Shown here in pieces: positions 35,303 through 41,476 of a stretch of DNA of 41,476 nt. The stretch spans positions 1 to 41,476 of the forward strand of contig JBIKWF010000031.1 in assembly GCA_044356455.1 (NCBI GenBank), in the 5' to 3' direction. How positions within the stretch are numbered: position 1 is the first letter of the stretch; every line of letters starts with the position of its first letter. This DNA is from Bdellovibrionota bacterium. Its GTDB lineage: Bacteria > Bdellovibrionota_C > UBA2361 > JBGSMV01. Below the pieces are notes generated by a model. The model was not told the origin of the DNA and searched no databases. It worked only from the letters and a program-made list of their open reading frames with translations. The position numbers were made by a program, and so were the translations under genes.

Positions 35303-35368
35303 CCTTAGTGTTCTCTGTGTTCTTAGTGGTTGTTTTTCTAACCACTAAGAACACAGAGAACACTAAGG
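35303..35368. repeat. Perfect 29-bp inverted repeat related to the MITE internal hairpin
   Basis: CCTTAGTGTTCTCTGTGTTCTTAGTGGTT-N8-AACCACTAAGAACACAGAGAACACTAAGG, with 9-nt periodicity and no TIRs. Confidence 0.88.
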
Positions 35369-35534
35369 AATGAGGTTTATCCTTTAGAAAGCTTTCCCCG
35401 CTGCCTGCAATTGCGGCAAAAATGCAGATTTATGTTTCTCCGGGGGCAAAATCCCAGGTCGCTTGAGTTATGCTGGTTTTATTGTTAAACAATTCGAGCT
35501 TTTGAGTTTTTATTTGAGTGTAGTGCGGTAGGAT

Positions 35535-35870
35535 ATGGCAAATCATAAGTCAGCAATTAAGCGTCATCGTCAGAGCCTGAAGCGTCGCGATCGTAATCGT
35601 AACGTAAAATCGGCTATCCGTTCTTCTGTTAAGGAAGTCCATGCCAAGATCGCCGCAGGCGACGCCAAGGGTGCCCAGGAGCTTCTCCGCGCCGCTGAGA
35701 GGCTCTTAAGCAAGGCCTCAGTGAAGGGTATTTTGCATCCGAAGAACGCCTCACGCCGCATTAGCCGCTTAGCTTCCCAAGTTTCCGCTAAGAGCTCTGC
35801 AGCTCCTAAGAAGGATGCGCCAGCGAAGGCGAAGAAGGCTCCCGCTAAGACTGCCAAAGCTAAAGCTTAA
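35535..35870 (+). CDS. rpsT: 30S ribosomal protein S20
   Basis: MANHKSAIKR.RQ...RN and KGILH..NASRRISRL motifs, with a Lys/Ala-rich extension. Confidence 0.98.
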   Translation: MANHKSAIKRHRQSLKRRDRNRNVKSAIRSSVKEVHAKIAAGDAKGAQELLRAAERLLSKASVKGILHPKNASRRISRLASQVSAKSSAAPKKDAPAKAKKAPAKTAKAKA

Positions 35871-35914
35871 GGCCTTTAGCTTAAAAATTCAGGACGCGGC
35901 CTCAAGCTGAGTCA

Positions 35915-35958
35915 AAAGGACGCGAAGGAATAAAACCCTTCGCGTCCTTTGCTTTTTA
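35915..35958 (+). terminator. Intrinsic terminator of rpsT
   Basis: AAAGGACGCGAAGG/CCTTCGCGTCCTTT stem followed by GCTTTTT. Confidence 0.85.
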
Positions 35959-36151
35959 GGGGCACGGCGCGCTCAGTGAATCCACCTAGGCAGGCCCCCT
36001 AGAAACACCGTTAGAGGACTAGAAAAAGTTATAATTCTCCACAAAGCTGCGGGTTGCTGAGTTTATCAATAAACCTCTTTCCAAATCTTTCCGATTCACT
36101 CCTCACGAGTAGAAATGCGCTGCACATAGAGGCGCTCAACGAGGGAAGGTC

Positions 36152-37285
36152 ATGACAACAAGCACCACGACTGAGTCTACCGAGGGAGGATCAGCAGCCT
36201 CCTGGGCAGAGGCCAAGAAGCAGGCCGCAGCCCTCGGTGTAATCCCTTCCTCGTTCAGCGTGGTGGTGCGAGCCCTTATCAACGATCAGGTTACGTTTAA
36301 AGCTAAGATACGCGCTTCAAACAAGTTCCAAGTCGCGCGCCTCCTCAAAGGCCCCTCTTTTAAGGTCATGCTCTATTTTGCGACGAAGTCGCTGCGCCCG
36401 CTGAAACTGGCCGGGCTTTCAAGCTGGAACGTGGGCTCCATGATGACGGCCTTTGAGCCTCTCGATCTTGCGGCTTTGATTGCGAGCTTTGTGTACTACC
36501 GCAAATGCAAAAAACTTGTGCCGGAGCATGCATGGGGGAACTTTAATCTTCCACTGTGCAAGGAACCGCAGTTTGGGGCGGCGATTGGGACGGCCGTCCC
36601 GGAGATTGGCGCAGGATTGGGACTTGTTATCAGCAGCTTTCAACATTTTGCGCGCTGCTCCTTTGCGCTCAAACACGTGGATGCTTATGCGAAATATTCC
36701 GCTCAGGCCAAATCGGGAACTGCGGCGAGCATTCTTCGCCTTGAGCAGGAAAGTTTTGGATGTTCCGCTTCTCAGGTGGCCGTGATGCTTCTTTCTGCGG
36801 CAGGTTTTGGCACCGATATCGGAAACGGACTTTCCATTGCGCTCGACCCGAGCCGTCCCTCAGCGACGCTCAAGGACGAGTGGGCTGCGCGTATGCGCCA
36901 TGCCCGCATTTGGGTCGACACTGCGCTTCAGGGTCTCGATCAGCCAAGTGACAAAATCGCAGCTCGGTTCTTCCCCAACAACGAGCAACATGAGTGGCTT
37001 AAGCAATACAACAATCTTGTTCGGGATGGGCAAATTGGCTGGCTGCAGCGCACGAAGTCAGACCTGACGGCAAAAGAGGCCCCTGAGCTTTTCGCTGTAG
37101 CCAAAGGAACAGAAGAAATTCCAGATGCACTCCGCGATGTATTCTCTCTTGAAGAGATTACGAGCATGGAAGAGGAAGATTTTGATGAACTCATCGATCA
37201 AATCGATGAGGATTCAGCTTCCGGCAAACATCCCGATGTTCTTGATGGCAAGGATCTTAATGCTATCGAAGACATTGTTGCTTAA
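36152..37285 (+). CDS. Hypothetical protein, degenerate HDOD-like domain with acidic tail
   Basis: LEQESFGCSASQVAVMLLSAAGF resembles the HDOD C-terminal E...FG..H..VG..L pattern without the His residues. SD GGAAGG. Confidence 0.7.
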   Translation: MTTSTTTESTEGGSAASWAEAKKQAAALGVIPSSFSVVVRALINDQVTFKAKIRASNKFQVARLLKGPSFKVMLYFATKSLRPLKLAGLSSWNVGSMMTAFEPLDLAALIASFVYYRKCKKLVPEHAWGNFNLPLCKEPQFGAAIGTAVPEIGAGLGLVISSFQHFARCSFALKHVDAYAKYSAQAKSGTAASILRLEQESFGCSASQVAVMLLSAAGFGTDIGNGLSIALDPSRPSATLKDEWAARMRHARIWVDTALQGLDQPSDKIAARFFPNNEQHEWLKQYNNLVRDGQIGWLQRTKSDLTAKEAPELFAVAKGTEEIPDALRDVFSLEEITSMEEEDFDELIDQIDEDSASGKHPDVLDGKDLNAIEDIVA

Positions 37286-37293
37286 AAACTTAG

Positions 37294-37423
37294 GGAACCC
37301 CTGAAAAACCTCGATACCTTATTTTTCCTCTCTGTGATCTCTGTGCCCTCTGTGGTTTTTTGAGCAATTTAAATCAACCACAGAGGGCACAGAGCTCACA
37401 GAGTGGACTTTTTCAGAGACTCC
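37294..37423 (+). mobile_element. 130-bp MITE, subtype I
   Basis: GGAACCCCTGAAAAAC...CTTTTTCAGAGACTCC flanked by TTAG on both sides. Confidence 0.92.
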
Positions 37424-37506
37424 TTAGTAGTTAATAAGACAACCACTAAGAACCCGAAGACCACAAAGGGGAATGCGGGTCCCTGAAAGTCACCCTAAAA
37501 GCCAGC

Positions 37507-38124
37507 CTAAAAGTCAGGAGCCACGGCATTGTCATACACAATGCGCGCGGTCTCATCAGCAATCGCACTAAAGGCTTCCTCTTCCTGACCACGAGCAATT
37601 TCGCGCGAACCGCCCTCTGAAAGCTGAGTAAGGTCTCCGGCTCCTAGCGAGTTGCCTGCGAAATCTGGGGACGAGGTCACCACGACGCTGCGCTCCGCAC
37701 CAAAAGATTTCGAAACCGAAAGATTCATGTCGCGCCAGAGCACGGGTCCAGTCACACGCCGAAGCTCCGCTGCAACTTTAACGGTAGTATCAAGCTGCAG
37801 CGCGGTATCAGTACGCGAGGTAACGCTGCCAGTGTTTCGGCTCACTTTGAGAATTCTTGCTTTAAGCACGGCATCTGCTTCGCCTACGTCGTCAACCACC
37901 GTGACGACCCCGAAGCGCTCAAATCTATCGCGCAAGGCTTCCGTGAGAAGCTCAGTGAGCGCGAGTTCTGTGGTGCTATTTTCTACCCGCGGCACGTAAA
38001 CTTTTTTCACATCGGGGGGCAAAACACTTCCGCCGCCTTGCAGGGTATACCCGCAGGAACTGAGCGCGAACGACACCAAGAAAACCCCCAACGCCCGAGC
38101 TACAAACGCTACTTGCTGTCTCAT
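37507..38124 (-). CDS. lptE: LPS-assembly lipoprotein LptE family
   Basis: Lipobox LSSCGY, LPPDVKKVYVP..EN.T, ADAVLKARI and VLW motifs. Confidence 0.85.
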   Translation of the reverse strand: MRQQVAFVARALGVFLVSFALSSCGYTLQGGGSVLPPDVKKVYVPRVENSTTELALTELLTEALRDRFERFGVVTVVDDVGEADAVLKARILKVSRNTGSVTSRTDTALQLDTTVKVAAELRRVTGPVLWRDMNLSVSKSFGAERSVVVTSSPDFAGNSLGAGDLTQLSEGGSREIARGQEEEAFSAIADETARIVYDNAVAPDF

Positions 38125-38154
38125 TACGGTACCCAAAGATATAGACCCAGTTAG

Positions 38155-38284
38155 GGAACCTCTGAAAAACCTCGATATTTTATTTTTTCTCTCTGTGATC
38201 TCTGTGTCCTCTGTGGTTTTTTGAGCAATTTAAATCAACCACAGAGGGCACAGAGTTCACAGAGTGGACTTTTTCAGAGGCTCC
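38155..38284 (+). mobile_element. 130-bp MITE, subtype I (best conserved copy)
   Basis: GGAACCTCTGAAAAA/TTTTTCAGAGGCTCC TIRs with a TTAG duplication. Confidence 0.93.
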
Positions 38285-38330
38285 TTAGGTTCCCATGAGA
38301 TTCGCCGTTAGGAAACAGGCGGATTTCCAA

Positions 38331-38444
38331 GGAGTGTGTCCAGTAAAAACATACCCGTTCATTGCGGACACACTCCGTCGGTAGGCTGTCCCGCTGCCAC
38401 CAACCACAACCTATAGTGGTATAAACTCTCTGCGGGACAGACTC
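38331..38444. mobile_element. Two adjacent small TIR elements, second family
   Basis: GGAGTGTGTCC/GGACACACTCC (38331-38376) and CTGTCCCGC/GCGGGACAGACTC|CTAG (about 38383-38444). Confidence 0.55.
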
Positions 38445-38774
38445 CTAGCCCTTCCGCGGCCGAATCGTGGCAATTCTTTTGGGAAAGGTATCAGTGTAGG
38501 CCAGAATCCCTTTACCCCGCTTTCTAAGACCCTTAAGCGCCTGGGCTACGTCTCCTTGGGCCGACTGAGCCCGGGCGAGGACCGCAGCATGGACGCGGAC
38601 TAATTCTTCGCCCTGGGGGCTCGATAAGACGTTAGCAAGGGTCTCCCCCACTAAGGACTGCCAGCGCTCGAAATGTTCGGTATAGGATTCAACAAGCCCT
38701 ACAAGCTCTGGTGAGTCGGAGTCAGACCTTAAAATCTCCTCAGCCTTTTGCAATAGGTCAGAAAGTTCACGCAT
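38445..38774 (-). CDS. Small helical hypothetical protein, FliT-like architecture
   Basis: 109-aa helical ORF ending LKGLRKRGKGILAY, which resembles flagellar chaperone C-termini. Weak assignment. Confidence 0.6.
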   Translation of the reverse strand: MRELSDLLQKAEEILRSDSDSPELVGLVESYTEHFERWQSLVGETLANVLSSPQGEELVRVHAAVLARAQSAQGDVAQALKGLRKRGKGILAYTDTFPKRIATIRPRKG

Positions 38775-38844
38775 GTAGTTACCGCTCTCTTTGCCTATTT
38801 TCTGGCCGCTGAACTCGCCCCAATCTGGCGATCCTCTCGCCGAA

Positions 38845-39684
38845 CTACATCCCCATTACGTTGAAACCACAATCTACGTACATGACTTCTCCCGTTACGC
38901 CCGAACCAGCGGAGCTAAGGAGGAACATGGCGCTATTGGCAACGTCTTCTAGGGTCACATTCCGCCGAAGAGGCGATTTCTCAGCAAACTTGCTAAGAAG
39001 CTCTCTAAAATGAGGAATTCCCGAGGCAGCAAGTGTTTTAATGGGACCGGCGGATATCGCATTGACGCGAATATTGTTCGGGCCGAGATCGGAGGCCAAA
39101 TAACGTACAGACGACTCAAGCGCGGCCTTTGCAACTCCCATTACATTATAATTGGGAACTACGCGCTCGGCGCCCAAATAAGAAAGGGTAATGATAGATC
39201 CCCCGTCCTTCATCAAGGCCTCGGCTCGACCTGCAAGGGCGACAAGGGAATACGCAGAAACGTCGAGTGCAAGCGCAAAGCCCTTACGCGAAGTCTTAGA
39301 AAACCTTCCTTGGAGGTCTTCACGATCGGCATAGGCTACTGAGTGCACAATCCCATCTAATTTCCCCCACGTCTTTTCCACCGTCTGGAAAAGAGCTTCA
39401 ATCTGCTCATCGGACTGCACATCACAAGGCACTACATTTTCGCAGTTAATACTCGCGGCAAGGGGCCTGACCCGCTTCTCAAGAGCTTCACCGGCAAAGG
39501 TCAGCATCAAATCCGCGCCTGCGGCATGCAGACCCTGGGTAATTCCCCACGCGATGCTGCGCTCGTTCGCAATGCCAAGCACAAGAAACTTCTTCCCCTT
39601 AAGTCCATCCGAGAAGAAAGGACGAGAAGTTGAAGTTTGTTCTGATGCTGAAGGATTTACTATTGATGAGTTCATAAGCTCCAT
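38845..39684 (-). CDS. fabI: Enoyl-ACP reductase
   Basis: [34 protein letters not shown] and [17 protein letters not shown] motifs. Confidence 0.97.
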   Translation of the reverse strand: MELMNSSIVNPSASEQTSTSRPFFSDGLKGKKFLVLGIANERSIAWGITQGLHAAGADLMLTFAGEALEKRVRPLAASINCENVVPCDVQSDEQIEALFQTVEKTWGKLDGIVHSVAYADREDLQGRFSKTSRKGFALALDVSAYSLVALAGRAEALMKDGGSIITLSYLGAERVVPNYNVMGVAKAALESSVRYLASDLGPNNIRVNAISAGPIKTLAASGIPHFRELLSKFAEKSPLRRNVTLEDVANSAMFLLSSAGSGVTGEVMYVDCGFNVMGM

Positions 39685-39803
39685 TCGGAAAATTTAAAAT
39701 ACGCTGGGCCCCCATTCGCAGAAACGCCCCGCTCATGCCACTCGAGTTGCCTCTGTGACACAAGCGAGGCGCTTACCAAGCCTCACGACTAGGAGAATAT
39801 CCC

Positions 39804-40316
39804 CTACTCTGCAGAGGCCTTTTTCTTAGCTGCTCGAGGAGCCTTTGCTTTTACTTCCTTAGCCTCACCTTCTTTCGAAGGAGCCTCTTTTGCAGCCGAC
39901 TTCGCAGAAGACTTCTTCGCGCCGCCCTTTGAGGTCGCACTCTTGGTTGCAGCCGCGCCTTCAGCCTTGAGGAACTCAATCATTCCCATCTCTGCGGCAT
40001 CTCCTGCACGCACACGAGTACGAATCACGCGAGTGTATCCACCGCTACGATTCTTGAACCGCGGTGCAATCTCACTGAAAAGCTTGTGTACTGAATCCTT
40101 CGTGGTGAGGTACCCAAGTGCCAAGCGGCGATTGGAAACCGTATCCACGAGCGCAAGTGTTACGAGCTTCTCAACCACACGGCGAAGTTCCTTCGCCTTT
40201 TGGATGGTTGTTTCAAAGCGCTCATGCTCGATCAACGAGGTAGCAAGATTTCGGAACATCGCACGGCGGTGAGACGGGGTCCGACTAAATTTTCGATACG
40301 ATCCTTGGTGCCGCAT
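39804..40316 (-). CDS. rplQ: 50S ribosomal protein L17
   Basis: MRH...RKFSRTPSHRRAM.RNLATSL, GGYTR and R.GDAAEM motifs, with a Lys/Ala/Glu-rich extension. Confidence 0.98.
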   Translation of the reverse strand: MRHQGSYRKFSRTPSHRRAMFRNLATSLIEHERFETTIQKAKELRRVVEKLVTLALVDTVSNRRLALGYLTTKDSVHKLFSEIAPRFKNRSGGYTRVIRTRVRAGDAAEMGMIEFLKAEGAAATKSATSKGGAKKSSAKSAAKEAPSKEGEAKEVKAKAPRAAKKKASAE

Positions 40317-40528
40317 AGGCCCTCTCTACAACTAATCACTTGCTCTACATCTGCGCTCAACTTGCCCTCGCATTACTCTGCGAGGCGCCGCGATCAATAC
40401 TTCTAGGGAGCGCCCTAAAAAGATTGCGGACAACGCCCAAACACTGGTACCAGGCCTTGACTCTCTAAGCAGTACCACAAAAGGACTAGTTAGTCCTCAT
40501 GCGGAGCCGCCATTGTGAGCCGCCCTAC

Positions 40529-41476
40529 TTAGTGCTCAGGGTTCTCCTTAAGCTGGTCGAGCTCCTTACGAGAAGGGAAGCTCTCGAGTCTCATTCCGAG
40601 AGAAAGCCCCATTTCAGTGAGGATTTCTTTAATCTCGTTCAAAGACTTACGACCAAAATTCTTTGTACGAAGCATCTCTGCTTCCGTGCGCTGAACAAGC
40701 TCGCCAATGTACTTGATATCGGCGTTCTCGAGGCAGTTCGCGCTGCGTACGCTGAGCTCGAGCTCGTCGATACGGCGGAAAAGATTCTCGTTAAGACGGC
40801 GCTTCGGCTCTTCGCCCTTCGGCTCCTCGCGCTCAACAATCACTTCGTCACCGAAGAAGACTGCGAACTGGTCAACGATAATTCGTGAGGACTCGGCAAT
40901 CGCGGAGCGAGGATCGACCGCACCGTTGGTCCAAATTTCCATGGTGAGTTTATCGTAGTCAGTGCGCTGTCCCACACGCGCGTTGGTGACATTGATATTC
41001 ACACGGCGAATCGGGGAGAACAGAGAGTCAATGAAGATGGTTCCTACAGGAGCCCCCTCGACCTTGTTCTTTTCGGCTGGAACATATCCACGGCCCACTT
41101 TAACCGTGACCGTCATCTTAAGCGTTGAACCAGCAGAAAGCGTCGCAATATGGGCTTCTGGGTTAATTACCTTAACCGCAGGATCGCCTTGGAGCATGCC
41201 GGCTTTTACGACACAAGGACCGGTCGCTTCGATGCGCATATGCGCTTCGTCTTTCTCATCGAGAGTAACCACTACCTCTTTGAGATTAAGAACAATTTCA
41301 GTCATGTCCTCTACTACCCCTGGGATAGTTGAGAACTCATGCATCACACCATCAACTTGCACTGATGAGATAGCAGCGCCTTGAAGGCTTGAAAGAAGCA
41401 CGCGTCGAAGAGTCGTGCCCAAAGTAACGCCGAACCCTCTTTCAAGAGGCTCCGCTACAAACTTGCCGTAACGGCT
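40529..41476 (-). CDS. rpoA: RNA polymerase alpha subunit (5' end outside the window)
   Basis: Frame is open to the window edge ([18 protein letters not shown]). [24 protein letters not shown] and [10 protein letters not shown] motifs. Confidence 0.99.
   Translation of the reverse strand, partial: SRYGKFVAEPLERGFGVTLGTTLRRVLLSSLQGAAISSVQVDGVMHEFSTIPGVVEDMTEIVLNLKEVVVTLDEKDEAHMRIEATGPCVVKAGMLQGDPAVKVINPEAHIATLSAGSTLKMTVTVKVGRGYVPAEKNKVEGAPVGTIFIDSLFSPIRRVNINVTNARVGQRTDYDKLTMEIWTNGAVDPRSAIAESSRIIVDQFAVFFGDEVIVEREEPKGEEPKRRLNENLFRRIDELELSVRSANCLENADIKYIGELVQRTEAEMLRTKNFGRKSLNEIKEILTEMGLSLGMRLESFPSRKELDQLKENPEH

Overview
Bacterial chromosomal segment. Gene style suggests a deltaproteobacterial/Bdellovibrionota-like lineage; this is inference only. 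It has two parts. (1) 1-11.6 kb is an accessory island on the 3' side of a tRNA-His gene, with no integrase in view. It holds short cassette-like genes: two AbiEi-type antitoxins, a wHTH regulator, pRiA4b ORF3, a DUF2268 protease, an APH-like kinase, an intact HigBA-type pair and a small GIY-YIG nuclease. CGTC-tagged REP-like hairpins lie between them. The GIY-YIG promoter and start codon occur four times in tandem, interleaved with REPs. At least two antitoxin-like genes are followed by what looks like a cognate toxin gene collapsed by internal deletion. (2) 11.7-41.5 kb is core genome: dprA, an adenosine-deaminase-like gene, pyk, OmpA, two hybrid kinases, response regulators, YmdB, 5-FTHF cyclo-ligase with a 6S-like RNA candidate, glutathione peroxidase, an Fe-S photolyase, dcd, rpsT, lptE, fabI, rplQ and partial rpoA. 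Its intergenic spaces carry eight copies of a ~130-bp MITE, five with intact 4-bp YTAR target duplications, plus a smaller second TIR element. Product calls come from motif recognition by eye; no database search was run.
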